Notes under the pieces: model-generated
Databases searched by the model: none
What the model saw: only the letters and a program-made list of their open reading frames with translations
Told to the model about the DNA's origin: nothing
Program-made: the position numbers and the translations under genes
Origin: Bacilli bacterium
Lineage (GTDB): Bacteria > Bacillota_I > Bacilli_A > RFN20 > CAG-826
Direction of reading: 5' to 3'
Assembly: GCA_028705995.1 (NCBI GenBank)
Contig: JAQWCH010000002.1
Location: 22,398-86,397, forward strand
DNA length: 64,000 bases
Shown: one piece after another, positions 18,634 through 29,784 of the stretch
How the letters are laid out: each line of letters starts with the position of its first letter
Position numbering within the stretch: position 1 is the first letter of the stretch

Positions 18634-19506
18634 ATGCAAGTATTTGTCGCCAACCCACATGGGTATTGTGAAGGTGTTGTGCATGCAATTGCACTCGCAG
18701 AGCAAGTTCGAAGGGAGTATCCTAACACACCAATTGATGTATTGGGCATGCTTGTTCATAATGAAAAGGTGATTCAACAACTAAAAGAAAACCAAATAAC
18801 TACTATTAAAATACCAATTAGCCATTATGCTGACTTTTTGAGTAATGTTGACGCTTCGCATATCATTATTTTTACTGCGCACGGTCATGACCGTAAACTC
18901 GACCAAATTGCCACTCAACGCAAGTTACACACGATTGATGCTACTTGCAATAAGGTTTATGATAGCTTTTTATTAATCGAAAATGCTTTAAATGCTGGTC
19001 GGGAAGTAATTTATCTTGGTAAAAAAGGACACCCTGAAGCCGAAGCAGCGTTATCACGGGGAAAAGATGTCTATTTATACGACGTTGATCAAGATTTTAA
19101 CTATCAGCAACTAAAGACCAATAACCCTTTGGTCATCAGCCAAACCACTCTTTCAATTCTCGAACTTAAAGGTTGTCATTTAGACATTCTTGCAATGTTA
19201 CCGAATGCCGAGATTGGTAATGAAGTATGTTCGGCAACACGTTTGCGGCAAACTGCTGTCCAACAACTACCATCTTTTGTCGATGCAATCTACATTATCG
19301 GCTCAACCCAGTCGTCAAATACAACAAAACTCGCTCAAATTGCTAAAATTTCCCACCCACAAGCAAAAGTCCGGCATATTGCCGAACTTAGTGAATTAGA
19401 TCAAAGTGAATTGAATCAATTTTCTGCTGTTGGCGTCGCAAGCGGAGCCTCAACACCATTATTTATAACAAACGAAATAATCGAATTTCTTAAGCATTAT
19501 CAATAA
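18634..19506 (+). CDS. ispH: 4-hydroxy-3-methylbut-2-enyl diphosphate reductase IspH (LytB)
   Basis: MQVFVANPHGYCEGVVHAI... LytB signature; start at the ATG after aggtgaaaat. Confidence 0.9.
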   Translation: MQVFVANPHGYCEGVVHAIALAEQVRREYPNTPIDVLGMLVHNEKVIQQLKENQITTIKIPISHYADFLSNVDASHIIIFTAHGHDRKLDQIATQRKLHTIDATCNKVYDSFLLIENALNAGREVIYLGKKGHPEAEAALSRGKDVYLYDVDQDFNYQQLKTNNPLVISQTTLSILELKGCHLDILAMLPNAEIGNEVCSATRLRQTAVQQLPSFVDAIYIIGSTQSSNTTKLAQIAKISHPQAKVRHIAELSELDQSELNQFSAVGVASGASTPLFITNEIIEFLKHYQ

Positions 19507-20275
19507 TAATTGGTAATGGCGGTTCTTCGTGATTAATCAGCGTGATTTTTAGTGTTGGATCAATCTCCAACAATCTTTTTTGCATTGTTGGCATGAAGAT
19601 GCGTTCGATTTCATGCGGTAAGTCTAGATAATTATATTGATTAACGACGATTCCGCGCCGCACATGATGAGGGGCATCACCAGAAATATAAATATCATAG
19701 CCTTCTTCTTTGGCGATTGACCATGTGCGTGAACCGCCGCCACCAATCAACGCGACTGAATTGATTTCCTCATTACCTTCAGCAATTAGCAAACCGTATT
19801 TTACACCTAGTTTTTCAATTGCCATTTTTGAGAAATCTTCAATATTCATCGGGGAAGTTAATTCCCCACCACGTGCCATCGGATCACCGCCTAATGGGCG
19901 AATATTATTTAAGCCAAGCGCGTAGGCAAGTGCATCATTCATCCCGCCTCTTCCTTCATCAAAATTAGTATGATAGGAATAAACACAAATTCCGGCTTGT
20001 TCAAGTTTTTCCGCTAGTTCTTTACGACTAGGGTCACGTTTAAAGACTTTGCCGGGTGTACCATAAATAAACGGATGATGAGTAATAACTAAATCCGGTG
20101 ATAAATCAATGATTTGATCAACATTAATCTCATCAAGATCAAGCACGAGAATGATTTTTTCAACTTCATTTGGTAACTTACCGACCATATGACCAACGTA
20201 GTCATGATTTTTCTCGGCAATTGATTTTGGAAATAGTTTGGCGAGTCTTAATAATAAGGAGCGCATTTTAATCAT
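19490..20275 (-). CDS. Nif3-family dinuclear-metal-centre protein (YqfO-like)
   Basis: HHPFIYG... and a conserved His/Glu metal-ligand pattern; synteny with trmK and sigA. Confidence 0.75.
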   Translation of the reverse strand: MIKMRSLLLRLAKLFPKSIAEKNHDYVGHMVGKLPNEVEKIILVLDLDEINVDQIIDLSPDLVITHHPFIYGTPGKVFKRDPSRKELAEKLEQAGICVYSYHTNFDEGRGGMNDALAYALGLNNIRPLGGDPMARGGELTSPMNIEDFSKMAIEKLGVKYGLLIAEGNEEINSVALIGGGGSRTWSIAKEEGYDIYISGDAPHHVRRGIVVNQYNYLDLPHEIERIFMPTMQKRLLEIDPTLKITLINHEEPPLPIIIDNA

Positions 20276-20957
20276 TTTTCGGTGCCTCGATTCTCAGTAA
20301 TAAATTTATCAATTGTAATTCTTGTTCAACTTGAATTTTACGCTGTGCTGGTAAAGTGTAATCATTAAGTAAATTTTGTAATTTACGTGCTTGTTCATTC
20401 CACATTTGATACATTGCCGCGGAAGGATGTTCCAATAGACGTGGCCCAAATATAGCTTGATCAATACGCAGTTTTTCTTCACCCGGCTCCGCGATAATGA
20501 GCGAATAAAAATGGCCATCTTCTTCGACTATCTCTTCAGCCTTAATCATAAAATGCCATTGATTGAGCGCTTGTCTTACTTCTTTTGCTTGTACATGCGG
20601 TATAAGAATTATTTTTTTTATGTTTTTCAGCTTATCAGCATCGTTACTTAAAATGTCAATAATTTGTTCACCGCCCATACCAGCGATCACAAGCGTATCA
20701 ATTGAGGCTGGTAAATGCTCAAGACCATCAGCTAAGTCGCAGATTATGCTATTTTCCAAGCCGGCATCTACAACATTTTTTAATAAACGTCGATAAGGAC
20801 CTTTTTTGTTATCACTGGCATAAAGCCCTTTAAGCATATAATTTTTTGCTAAATAAATCGGTAAATAACCATGATCGCTTCCAATATCGGCCACACTATC
20901 ATTGTTTTTCACATAGCGCGCAACCGCTAATAAGCGCTTTGGTAAAAAGTTAGTCAT
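20268..20957 (-). CDS. trmK: tRNA (adenine22-N1)-methyltransferase TrmK (YqfN)
   Basis: SAM-binding [14 protein letters not shown] motif; start placed at the ATG just after the sigA stop. Confidence 0.8.
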   Translation of the reverse strand: MTNFLPKRLLAVARYVKNNDSVADIGSDHGYLPIYLAKNYMLKGLYASDNKKGPYRRLLKNVVDAGLENSIICDLADGLEHLPASIDTLVIAGMGGEQIIDILSNDADKLKNIKKIILIPHVQAKEVRQALNQWHFMIKAEEIVEEDGHFYSLIIAEPGEEKLRIDQAIFGPRLLEHPSAAMYQMWNEQARKLQNLLNDYTLPAQRKIQVEQELQLINLLLRIEAPKND

Positions 20958-22377
20958 TGAAGTTTCGATAGTCTTGTAGACGTTTAACACGAGATGGTGC
21001 CCGCATTTTCCGAATTGCTTTTGCTTCAATCTGACGAATACGTTCACGCGTCACACCAAATTCTTTGCCAACTTCTTCTAAAGTCCGTGGACGATTATCA
21101 TCAAGACCGTAACGTAAGCGGATGACGCGATCTTCGCGATCGGTCAAACAGTCGTGCATCACCTCATACATTTCATCAATCAACAAAACATTTGAAGTAT
21201 AATCAGATGGCGATATTGTTTCCTTATCTTCGATAAAATCACCAATATGTGAATCTTCTTCTTCGCCAATCGGCGTTTCTAATGAAACCGGTTCGAGCGC
21301 AATTCGTTGAATTTCACGGATTCGATCAGCACTTAAAAGCCCCTCGAGTTTATCTGAAATTTCTTCACCAGTTGGTTCACGGCCTAATTCTTGTACTAGC
21401 TGACGTTGGACACGCGTGATTTTATTGATAGTTTCCACCATATGAACAGGAATGCGAATTGTCCGGGCTTGGTCAGCAATCGCCCGTGTAATCGCTTGAC
21501 GAATCCACCATGTAGCGTAAGTAGAAAATTTAAAGCCTTTTGTATAATCAAATTTTTCGACAGCTTTCATCAAGCCAAGGTTGCCTTCCGAGATTAAGTC
21601 TAAAAAACTCATTCCGCGACCAAGATAATGTTTAGCAATATTAACGACCAAGCGTAAGTTGCTTTCAATTAATACGTGACGCGCTTCTTCATCGCCTTCT
21701 TCAATTAACTTCGCTAAAGCGACTTCTTCATCCGGTTTTAGTAGATCATGACTGCCAATTTCATGAAGATAGAGTTTGACAGAATCATTAATTTTCACTT
21801 CACCAGGAGCGACTTTGCCAAATGTTTTACGAATTACTTCGTCTTCATCAACTTCGTCTTCCTCGTCTTGTGAATCAAAATCAACTTCATCGATACCATC
21901 GACGACATCATCGGCTAACTCACTTTCAATTTTTGCTTCATCAATCCCTTTTTCATCAACTTCAATGTCATCGAGATCTTCATCCGCATTAACATCAATG
22001 TGGCGTTCTTCAAAGTAACTAACAAGTTCTTCTAAATCTTCATCTGCTAAATCTAAGTGCGTGCAAGCGTCAAAAATTTCGTCTTGCGTTAAGAAACCGT
22101 TGGTTTTGCCTTTTTTCTCCAAACGCTTTTTAATTGCATCAAGTGATTCAAGCTCGACAGTTTTAGAAATTTTACTAGTTCCTCTTTTTTTCTTGGGTTT
22201 AGTTTCGATGAGTTGTTCGTCGTCAAAATCTACGATATCCTCTTCTTCATCGATGATATCGACAGGTTCTAGATTCTTTTTATTCGCCTTTTTAACTGAG
22301 CGAATATTTTCCGCTTCATTTACATCAACTAAAACCTCGGTCGTATTCGTCTCTTCAACTTTTTTTCTTCTTCCCAT
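20950..22377 (-). CDS. sigA: RNA polymerase sigma factor SigA (RpoD), with a long acidic N-terminal region
   Basis: Regions 2-4 ([19 protein letters not shown]..., [30 protein letters not shown], ...[27 protein letters not shown]). Confidence 0.9.
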   Translation of the reverse strand: MGRRKKVEETNTTEVLVDVNEAENIRSVKKANKKNLEPVDIIDEEEDIVDFDDEQLIETKPKKKRGTSKISKTVELESLDAIKKRLEKKGKTNGFLTQDEIFDACTHLDLADEDLEELVSYFEERHIDVNADEDLDDIEVDEKGIDEAKIESELADDVVDGIDEVDFDSQDEEDEVDEDEVIRKTFGKVAPGEVKINDSVKLYLHEIGSHDLLKPDEEVALAKLIEEGDEEARHVLIESNLRLVVNIAKHYLGRGMSFLDLISEGNLGLMKAVEKFDYTKGFKFSTYATWWIRQAITRAIADQARTIRIPVHMVETINKITRVQRQLVQELGREPTGEEISDKLEGLLSADRIREIQRIALEPVSLETPIGEEEDSHIGDFIEDKETISPSDYTSNVLLIDEMYEVMHDCLTDREDRVIRLRYGLDDNRPRTLEEVGKEFGVTRERIRQIEAKAIRKMRAPSRVKRLQDYRNFND

Positions 22378-22387
22378 GCTTTGTTAC

Positions 22388-24175
22388 CTAGCCTTTCTTG
22401 CGCGGTCGCTTATGCGTTTTATAGTATTCATTTAATATCATCGCTCGTTCAATATCTGTTTTACCAATTAACTTTTTTTGTAATTCGTCTTCAGCGGATA
22501 TTTGATTTTTCTCTTCGGTGATAATTTTTTGACATTCTTGCAAATGTTCCAAGGAGTATGGTGGCTTTTTTTCAAACGACAATTCCGTAATTTGATTTGT
22601 CAAGTTTTCTTTGCCACTGATCGAACTTAGTTCAAGTTCGGTAATTAGGTTAGCAATATCGATTGTTTCGTGATTTTGAAAATAATCAATTAAGAAATTA
22701 GCGATATTGCGATAGATATCATGATAGAAATAGCCAATTTCTTTTTGATAGAAATTAACGGCTTCTGGGCTCTGTAGCATTTGCATCAGTATTTCATGTT
22801 CTGCCAGCTGTAATCGCTGCATGAGTGGCCGTTCTGGGTGGAAATCATTAACTGCTACTTGTGGGTCATTTGCATTTTTATTTTTATAACGGCGGTATTC
22901 CTTGCTTAGTGATCTGAGCGGGAAGCCAGTTAAATGCGACAATTTTTTCAAATAATCTTCCGCTAATAACTCCGACGGGGCTTTAGCGATGATTGGAAGC
23001 ATTTTTTGCGCTAATTTTTCGCGTTCCGTGCCTTTATCAAGTTGACTGTGATTACTGTAGTAATTAAAAGCAAAATCCACGCCAGATAATAAATTATTAA
23101 GATACGTTTTGAGTCCATTCACCCCAGAAGCTTGATAAATATCATCGGGGTCGCGCGTATCACCATCGTTGTTGACAATGCGATATTTATATTGATTTTG
23201 ACTTAATGTTTCGGAAATTTTGAGCATTGCTGCTTGGCCTGGTTCATCACCATCGAGACAAATTCGGATTTCAACATTCAAGTTACGTAAGATTTTTAGA
23301 TGCTCAGAGGTTAAAAATGTGCCCATCAAAGCCACCGTTGATTTAATTCCTGCCTCGACAAGAGCAAAAATATCCATAAAGCCTTCAAGAACATAAATAT
23401 AGCCATCGTGGCGGGCGCTATCTTTGGCCTTATCAATGTTATAAAGCACTTCACTTTTATGGAAAATTTCTGTTTCCGGTGAATTAACATATTTTGCCTC
23501 AGCGCTTTTATCATTAAGGCGGCGGGCACTAAATCCGATTACTTGCCCATCTATATTTGTGATTGGGAATATTAAGCGACCGCGGTTACGATCGGTTGGA
23601 TGTTCAATTGAACCGCCAAGAATTCCCACGCGTTCAATTGTCTTAATACTATGTCCACGCTGTTGCAGAAACATCACAGTTGCTTCACCATTTTGCAAGG
23701 CATAGCCTATCTTATATGTCTTTTGGATAGCTGAAGAAATTTTGCGTTTATTTAAATACTCAGTCGCAATTTGCCCTTCTTCGGTGGTTAAACAATATTG
23801 GTAGTATTCAGTTAAATCTGTCAAACATTTATATAGCGGGATTAAACGACTATCAATCGGCCGTTCTTCGCGATACGATTTCAATCGCTCATCGGTAAAG
23901 CCGATAATCGATGCAACTTTTTGCACAGCCTCGCCGATTGATATTTTCTCGAAATCACGAACAAAGGTAATCGCATTACCTCCCGCACCACAAACAAAGC
24001 ATTTATAAATCTGCTTTTCGCTACTAATCATTAATGAAGGATTACGATCATCATGAAAAGGGCATAGAGCCACATAATTGCGACCCTTTTTTGTAACATT
24101 TATGTACGAAGAAAGGACATCTACAATGTTTGCACTCTTCAATACGTCTTCAAATAATGTATCGTGATTGTCCAT
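22388..24175 (-). CDS. dnaG: DNA primase DnaG
   Basis: N-terminal CPFHDDRNPS zinc-binding domain; Toprim EGFMD; operon with sigA. Confidence 0.9.
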   Translation of the reverse strand: MDNHDTLFEDVLKSANIVDVLSSYINVTKKGRNYVALCPFHDDRNPSLMISSEKQIYKCFVCGAGGNAITFVRDFEKISIGEAVQKVASIIGFTDERLKSYREERPIDSRLIPLYKCLTDLTEYYQYCLTTEEGQIATEYLNKRKISSAIQKTYKIGYALQNGEATVMFLQQRGHSIKTIERVGILGGSIEHPTDRNRGRLIFPITNIDGQVIGFSARRLNDKSAEAKYVNSPETEIFHKSEVLYNIDKAKDSARHDGYIYVLEGFMDIFALVEAGIKSTVALMGTFLTSEHLKILRNLNVEIRICLDGDEPGQAAMLKISETLSQNQYKYRIVNNDGDTRDPDDIYQASGVNGLKTYLNNLLSGVDFAFNYYSNHSQLDKGTEREKLAQKMLPIIAKAPSELLAEDYLKKLSHLTGFPLRSLSKEYRRYKNKNANDPQVAVNDFHPERPLMQRLQLAEHEILMQMLQSPEAVNFYQKEIGYFYHDIYRNIANFLIDYFQNHETIDIANLITELELSSISGKENLTNQITELSFEKKPPYSLEHLQECQKIITEEKNQISAEDELQKKLIGKTDIERAMILNEYYKTHKRPRKKG

Positions 24176-24225
24176 TTATACCCTCGCTTATTGATAAAAC
24201 ACTAGATAAAACAACTTTATATCTA

Positions 24226-25599
24226 CTAGAAAACAACTTTTGACATTAAATAAGCGGAAACCTCAGAAATTGGCAAGCGAATTTGCGCCATCGTATCGCG
24301 TTCACGAATCGTCACTTGTTGATCTTCCAAAGTTTGAAAATCAATTGTGATGCAGAAAGGTGTTCCAATCGCATCTTGGCGGCGGTAACGCTTTCCAATA
24401 CTTCCGGTTTCGTCATAAACAACCATTAAATCTTTCGCTAGAGCAGCTCTAACTTCTTCCGCTTTTGGATTAAGCTTCTTCGATAAAGGCAGAATTGCTG
24501 CTTTATAAGCGGCAATGGCCGGGTGAATATGCATAACGATTCGTAAATCATCGCCAGGCAAAATCTCTTCATCATAACTATCAGTTAATACCATAAGCAT
24601 TAGGCGATCGAGTCCAACTGATGGTTCAACAACATAAGGTAAATACTTTTCGTTTGTATCAGGGTCAAGATATTCCATGCTTTCTTTAGAAAATTCTTGA
24701 TGCCGGCGCAAATCATAGTCCGTCCGGTCAGCAATTCCCCAAATTTCACCCCAACCAAATGGAAATTGATATTCAATATCAGTTGTTGCCTTCGAATAAA
24801 AAGCTAATTCTGCCGGATCATGATCACGATAACGCAAATTTTCCTTACGGACACCAAGTTGAGCGATAAAGTCCAAACAATATTGTTTCCAATAAGCAAA
24901 CCATTCTAAATCAGTTCCTGGTGCGCAGAAAAATTCCATTTCTATTTGTTCAAATTCACGTGTACGGAATGTAAAATTCCCTGGTGTAATTTCATTACGG
25001 AATGATTTTCCCGATTGAACTACGCCAAACGGAATTTTTTTCCTTTGTGAACGTTGAATATTTTTAAAATTAACAAAAATACCTTGAGCTGTTTCTGGAC
25101 GTAAATAAACTTCGCTTTTACTATCATCAGTCACACCAATGTGTGTCTTAAACATCATATTAAATTGGCGAATATCAGTAAAATCACTGGCTCCACAATT
25201 TGGACAAGTAACGGCATGTTCTTTAATAAACGCATTAAGTTGATCAAAGTTCATTGCTTGAACATTTACATCCGGAAATTGTGCTTCAATCAATGTGTCA
25301 GCCCGATGCCTTGTTCGACATTTTTTACAATCGATGAGTGGATCATTAAAACTGGCAACGTGTCCAGTCGCTTCCCAAACGCGGGGATTCATTAAAATTG
25401 CTGAATCTAAGCCAACATTAAGAGGACTCTCTTGGACAAATCTCTTCCAATAAATCTTGCGAATATTATTTTTAATTTCAACACCTAATGGACCATAATC
25501 CCATGTGTTTGAAAGACCACCATAAATTTCTGAACCCGCAAAAACAAAGCCACTTGTGACAAGATGTGTCACAATTTTATCGAATTTATATGCCGCCAT
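24226..25599 (-). CDS. glyQS: Glycine--tRNA ligase (single-chain class II GlyQS type)
   Basis: Class II motifs; ~457 aa; start at the ATG after the GGAG SD. Confidence 0.9.
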   Translation of the reverse strand: MAAYKFDKIVTHLVTSGFVFAGSEIYGGLSNTWDYGPLGVEIKNNIRKIYWKRFVQESPLNVGLDSAILMNPRVWEATGHVASFNDPLIDCKKCRTRHRADTLIEAQFPDVNVQAMNFDQLNAFIKEHAVTCPNCGASDFTDIRQFNMMFKTHIGVTDDSKSEVYLRPETAQGIFVNFKNIQRSQRKKIPFGVVQSGKSFRNEITPGNFTFRTREFEQIEMEFFCAPGTDLEWFAYWKQYCLDFIAQLGVRKENLRYRDHDPAELAFYSKATTDIEYQFPFGWGEIWGIADRTDYDLRRHQEFSKESMEYLDPDTNEKYLPYVVEPSVGLDRLMLMVLTDSYDEEILPGDDLRIVMHIHPAIAAYKAAILPLSKKLNPKAEEVRAALAKDLMVVYDETGSIGKRYRRQDAIGTPFCITIDFQTLEDQQVTIRERDTMAQIRLPISEVSAYLMSKVVF

Positions 25600-25644
25600 T
25601 GAAGACTCCAATCTTTGTTCATTAATGAAGAACAATCGCTTATA

Positions 25645-25673
25645 AGAATACCAAAAAAACAGCTATTTGTCAA
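25645..25673 (-). promoter_or_regulatory. glyQS promoter
   Basis: Minus-strand TTGACA, 17-nt spacer, TATTCT; the leader is too short to hold a T-box. Confidence 0.5.
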
Positions 25674-25692
25674 CCTATTATGAGTGTATACG

Positions 25693-26427
25693 TTACTGAT
25701 GAACAGCTTCAATTAATAAACGATAGCTTTTCAAAGAGATTCCGAGATTATCAAATAATAGTTGCTGAAATTCACTAATAAACGCTAGTGTTTCCATAAG
25801 GGGAAAATTAGCGCGGGATAAATCTTCAGGTTGGCATTTAAAGGCAAAGCGTGCCATTTTTAAAAACATTTCTGTTTGTGACTGGTCATGTTCTTGATCA
25901 AAACAGCTTTGACAAACAAATCCGCCATCAAGGAAATTAACGGCGACAATCGCCTTTTTACTTCCGCAGCGCACACATTGATCAACATCAAGCCCATAGC
26001 CACTTAAGCGCAAAGTAATTGCCATTAAGATAAAAACTTGTGAAAGCGGTTCTGCTTCTTGGCTAATTAAACGAATCGATGATTGTAAATAAGGATAGAT
26101 ATTAGCAACATCGCGATTATCCATTAATGATTTAAGAATAACCTCACCAATGATTTCTAGCGCGCTCATCCTCAGCAAACTACGCATGGCGGATGATGAA
26201 CTATAAATAATAGTTGCTCGGCGTAAAGTTAGACCATGGGCTTTACCTTCGGTCAACTCTAATTCAACTTCCATAAACTTTTGCATAGCAGGAGCATTTT
26301 TTCCTTGAAGATTAAATGCGCCGCGTGCTAAAAATGATAGGTATCCTTCAGGCGTAATCGCCGTGATCATTGCATCTTTTTCTTTAAACGGAGTCACACG
26401 CAAAATGATTGCCGTTGCTACTTCCAT
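25693..26427 (-). CDS. recO: DNA repair protein RecO
   Basis: 244 aa; C-terminal CxxC...CxxC zinc motif (CVRCG...CQSC); located between era and glyQS as in Bacillus. Confidence 0.85.
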   Translation of the reverse strand: MEVATAIILRVTPFKEKDAMITAITPEGYLSFLARGAFNLQGKNAPAMQKFMEVELELTEGKAHGLTLRRATIIYSSSSAMRSLLRMSALEIIGEVILKSLMDNRDVANIYPYLQSSIRLISQEAEPLSQVFILMAITLRLSGYGLDVDQCVRCGSKKAIVAVNFLDGGFVCQSCFDQEHDQSQTEMFLKMARFAFKCQPEDLSRANFPLMETLAFISEFQQLLFDNLGISLKSYRLLIEAVHQ

Positions 26428-27308
26428 TATTCTTCCTCGGTTAGCCCTAATTCTTTAAGTGCTTGCGCATTATTACGCCAGCCAGGATATACTTTCACAT
26501 ATAATTCAAGTCGCGCGGGAATTTTTAAATTATGATGAATGTCATGTTGTGCAGCGAGACGAATCTTCTTGATCATCGCACCACCTTTACCAATAATAAT
26601 TCCTTTTTGTGATTGTTTATCAACATTGATACTGGCGTAAATATCCACGCCATCTTCAAAGTGTTCGACTTTATCAATCGTAATCGCAATTGCGTGGGGA
26701 ATCTCTTCCTTAGTAAACATCATCGTTTTTTCGCGAATAATCTCACTAATCATGAAATAATCGCTTTGGTCTGTAATATAATCCGCTGGATAATATTGTG
26801 GTCCTTCAGGTAAGAGTTCAACAATGCTTTTTTTGAGCAAATCAATATTAAATTCCCGTGTTGCACTAATCTCTATTTGTTGAGCGGCGGGGAATAATTC
26901 TTGATATTTAGCTTTTAATTGTTCCATTAAAGCAAAATTTGTTGTATCAATTTTGTTAAAAACAATAATGACTGGGCAGTTGAATTTTAAAGTTTCAACC
27001 AAATATTGATCTCCCTCATTGTAAGGACGACCAGCATCAATTAAAAGTAATGCAATATCTGCTTCTCGTAATGAATGATAAGCCTTTTTGTTCATCGCAT
27101 TGCCAAGAGAAAAATGTGGCTTATGCAATCCAGGAGTATCAATAAAAACGATTTGTGCTTCTTCCGTTGTCAAAATTGCGCGAATCAATGTCCGTGTTGT
27201 TTGTTGTTTCGGAGTAGTAATCGCCACTTTTCTTTGAACAAGAACATTTAAAAGTGTCGATTTACCGACATTGGTACGGCCTAAGACCGCGACAAATCCA
27301 CTTTTCAT
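26427..27308 (-). CDS. era: GTPase Era
   Basis: GRTNVGKSTLLN, DTPG, NKID and a C-terminal KH domain; the start overlaps the cdd stop. Confidence 0.9.
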   Translation of the reverse strand: MKSGFVAVLGRTNVGKSTLLNVLVQRKVAITTPKQQTTRTLIRAILTTEEAQIVFIDTPGLHKPHFSLGNAMNKKAYHSLREADIALLLIDAGRPYNEGDQYLVETLKFNCPVIIVFNKIDTTNFALMEQLKAKYQELFPAAQQIEISATREFNIDLLKKSIVELLPEGPQYYPADYITDQSDYFMISEIIREKTMMFTKEEIPHAIAITIDKVEHFEDGVDIYASINVDKQSQKGIIIGKGGAMIKKIRLAAQHDIHHNLKIPARLELYVKVYPGWRNNAQALKELGLTEEE

Positions 27309-27309
27309 C

Positions 27310-27711
27310 TTATAAATCGGATCCATCAAAGGCAAATGGCAAAAGTTCTTGTGCATTTGTTTCCTTAACATCGCCCTTGAGATTTGTTAAAAGGATAGGT
27401 TTATCCTTTGGATAAAGTTCACTGATTACCTGACGGCACATACCACAAGGAGAAACGGGTTCAGCGGTATCTGCTGCCACCGCCATCATCGCAAAATCAT
27501 CACGATGGTAGCCATGCATATAGGCATTATATAGTGCGTTACGTTCAGCGCACATTGAGCACGGGTAGGATGAATTTTCAACATTTGCTCCTTCAAATAC
27601 TTGCCCGTCCTTTGTTAGAATCGCCGCACCAACAGCAAAGTGCGAATAAACTGAGTAAGAATGTGTACGTGCTGCAATTGCTAATTTCAATAATTCTTCT
27701 TTAGTCATCAT
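27310..27711 (-). CDS. cdd: Cytidine deaminase
   Basis: CAERNA...PCGMCRQ zinc-binding motifs; 133 aa. Confidence 0.85.
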   Translation of the reverse strand: MMTKEELLKLAIAARTHSYSVYSHFAVGAAILTKDGQVFEGANVENSSYPCSMCAERNALYNAYMHGYHRDDFAMMAVAADTAEPVSPCGMCRQVISELYPKDKPILLTNLKGDVKETNAQELLPFAFDGSDL

Positions 27712-27716
27712 AAGTA

Positions 27717-28178
27717 TTAGTCCACCTTTCGTTTGCCCAAAATGGCATTTTGTAATGAAAACATTATTACTTCATCTTTCGGCTTTTGATGATCATAACC
27801 CAAAAGATGTAATAAACCGTGCAAAAACAGAAACTTCATCTCTCGTTGGAAACTATGCCCATATTGTTTCGCTTGATTTTTGGCGCGATCAACCGAAATA
27901 ATAATTGTCCCGAGGGCAACTGTTATTTCTTCATCATTAATCGGGGTTTCACCAGCAACTTTATCTAAAAAAGCAAAACTTAAGACATCAGTTGGTCGAT
28001 CAATTTGCCGAAATTGCTTGTTCAATTCATGAATTTCTTGATCATCGACCAAATTGACCTCGATATAGTAGTGTTCATGAAGATGCAAATATGAAAAAGT
28101 TTTTTGTGCGAGGCGTTGATAAATGCCACGATAGTTTTTTAGATCAACAGGGTAAGAGTTAATAAAATCAAGTTCCAT
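27717..28178 (-). CDS. ybeY: rRNA maturation endoribonuclease YbeY
   Basis: HGLLHLLGYDH metal-binding motif. Confidence 0.85.
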   Translation of the reverse strand: MELDFINSYPVDLKNYRGIYQRLAQKTFSYLHLHEHYYIEVNLVDDQEIHELNKQFRQIDRPTDVLSFAFLDKVAGETPINDEEITVALGTIIISVDRAKNQAKQYGHSFQREMKFLFLHGLLHLLGYDHQKPKDEVIMFSLQNAILGKRKVD

Positions 28179-28221
28179 AATTTGCGGGAATATATTTTAA
28201 CATATTTCGCGCAGTTATATG

Positions 28222-29460
28222 CTAGTCGTGAATAAAAACTTGATTTGGTTCTTTGTTATTAAAAGCTTCGAGATAATTATTGATTTCATCATTATGCATC
28301 AGTTGATGATTTGGCGCAGCGATCAACTTGTAGATACTAGAATATATTTGGTGATAGATAACAAAATGAAATAGCAAATAATTAAGTGACGCCACACGAG
28401 AAATACTCATAATTAAAAATGCGAGTAAAAATATAAAAATTGTTGTAATTAACTGCATAAAAACACGTTTCTCGCTAATCCGATCACTAATTGCCGATAA
28501 GACATGAAATACAGTATTTGCCTCATTAATTTCTTGATTATTCAAATGGGCAATAAACTTTGATTGTTGAGCAAGTGCTTGATATTCATTGCCGCGAATT
28601 AATTGATGAATGCTATCAGAAACTAATGTCATAATTAGTATGATTAATAAGGCAATAATATGCCAAAAACCATTAAAAACTAAAAGAAAAACAACTACAA
28701 TCGAAGCAGTAATCGTTGTGAATAATTGCTGCTGTCGATAAAAGAGCCCTTTTTTAAACAAGAAAACGTTATTAAAGTTATTTAGATAAGGCATCTTTAT
28801 CGCTGCAATATGCTCATCAATATAGCGTTTTTGAAAATCTTTCATGACACTTAGTAAAAATGCGCGTTCTAATAAAGCAAAGATACCAGCAATTAATATA
28901 AAAATTAAAGGGCGATAAATGCTCACTCCATCATCAACAAAATAAAAAGCGATGATTAAAGAACTAATGCTAATTAATGAAAGAAGCCAAGAAAAATAAT
29001 AACGACGCGGGGGTTGCGGATAAAAAACTTTTTCTATTTGAGATTTTCCCGCTTTTTCTTCGGCAACTAAAAATTTACCAGTAAATATGTTTAAAAATGC
29101 TTTGCGTGTAAGCAAAATGATACCATGAATTGGATCATAGACACGTACGAACAGACGGCCAATATTAAAAACAAAAACAAAATGTGAATTTTCACCGATT
29201 AATAGTTGAGCAATCAGCATTTTTTGTGTTTGGAAAACCGCATTTTTTTCTTGAATACCAGTATCATATCCAGTTAGGTGAACACCATATTGATTAGCAA
29301 CGTCAATAATTTCTAAAAAATTTGTTGTTGGCTGCTTAATATTTTCAAATAAATAGGCACTTTTCTTATAATAATTAGCAAGAAACATCTTCAAAGATGC
29401 TAATCCACAATTATTTTCCTCATTTTGATGAATAAATAAAGCCATATTTGATACCCTCAC
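28222..29460 (-). CDS. Membrane protein with an N-terminal C39 (bacteriocin-processing) peptidase-like domain and no ABC ATPase domain
   Basis: QNEENNCGLASLKMFL (the Gln and Cys of the C39 catalytic region) and NSHFVFVFNIGRLFVRVYDPIHG (His/Asp region); about 6 predicted TM helices after the domain. Confidence 0.55.
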   Translation of the reverse strand: MRVSNMALFIHQNEENNCGLASLKMFLANYYKKSAYLFENIKQPTTNFLEIIDVANQYGVHLTGYDTGIQEKNAVFQTQKMLIAQLLIGENSHFVFVFNIGRLFVRVYDPIHGIILLTRKAFLNIFTGKFLVAEEKAGKSQIEKVFYPQPPRRYYFSWLLSLISISSLIIAFYFVDDGVSIYRPLIFILIAGIFALLERAFLLSVMKDFQKRYIDEHIAAIKMPYLNNFNNVFLFKKGLFYRQQQLFTTITASIVVVFLLVFNGFWHIIALLIILIMTLVSDSIHQLIRGNEYQALAQQSKFIAHLNNQEINEANTVFHVLSAISDRISEKRVFMQLITTIFIFLLAFLIMSISRVASLNYLLFHFVIYHQIYSSIYKLIAAPNHQLMHNDEINNYLEAFNNKEPNQVFIHD

Positions 29461-29496
29461 AAATCATAAATAGTCGGTAATCATAAAAAAGGTATC

Positions 29497-29522
29497 AAAA
29501 AAGGCTAGCAATTAAGCTAGCC
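29497..29522 (-). terminator. Terminator after rpsU
   Basis: ggctagc-aattaa-gctagcc hairpin with a T-run on the minus strand. Confidence 0.65.
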
Positions 29523-29533
29523 AATCTTTTTAA

Positions 29534-29713
29534 TTAACGACGACGACTTTTGCGACGGGCTTGTTCGGACTTTAATTTCCGTTTGAGTCCCGGCTTAACA
29601 TAGAACTCGCGTTTACGTGCTTCCGTTAAGGTGCCAGCTTTATTGACTTGGCGTTTAAAGCGACGTAGAGCTTCATCTAACGATTCGTTATCACGAACGA
29701 TTGTCTTTGGCAT
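29534..29713 (-). CDS. rpsU: 30S ribosomal protein S21 (59 aa). I translated this myself; it is absent from the ORF track because it is shorter than 60 aa
   Basis: [59 protein letters not shown]; GGAAGGAG SD. Confidence 0.85.
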   Translation of the reverse strand: MPKTIVRDNESLDEALRRFKRQVNKAGTLTEARKREFYVKPGLKRKLKSEQARRKSRRR

Positions 29714-29755
29714 TTTCTCAACTCCTTCCGAAAGCAGGTAGCTTAAATCGTGTTA

Positions 29756-29784
29756 ATTATAACGGCTCTAATTAATTAATGCAA
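29756..29784 (-). promoter_or_regulatory. rpsU promoter
   Basis: Minus-strand TTGCAT, 17-nt spacer, TATAAT. Confidence 0.65.

Noticed and set aside
25600-25692. T-box leader upstream of glyQS
   Set aside because: The intergenic region is only ~93 nt and is occupied by a TTGACA, 17-nt spacer, TATTCT promoter. There is no room for a T-box, unlike alaS, where the GGATGGTACCGCG box is present.
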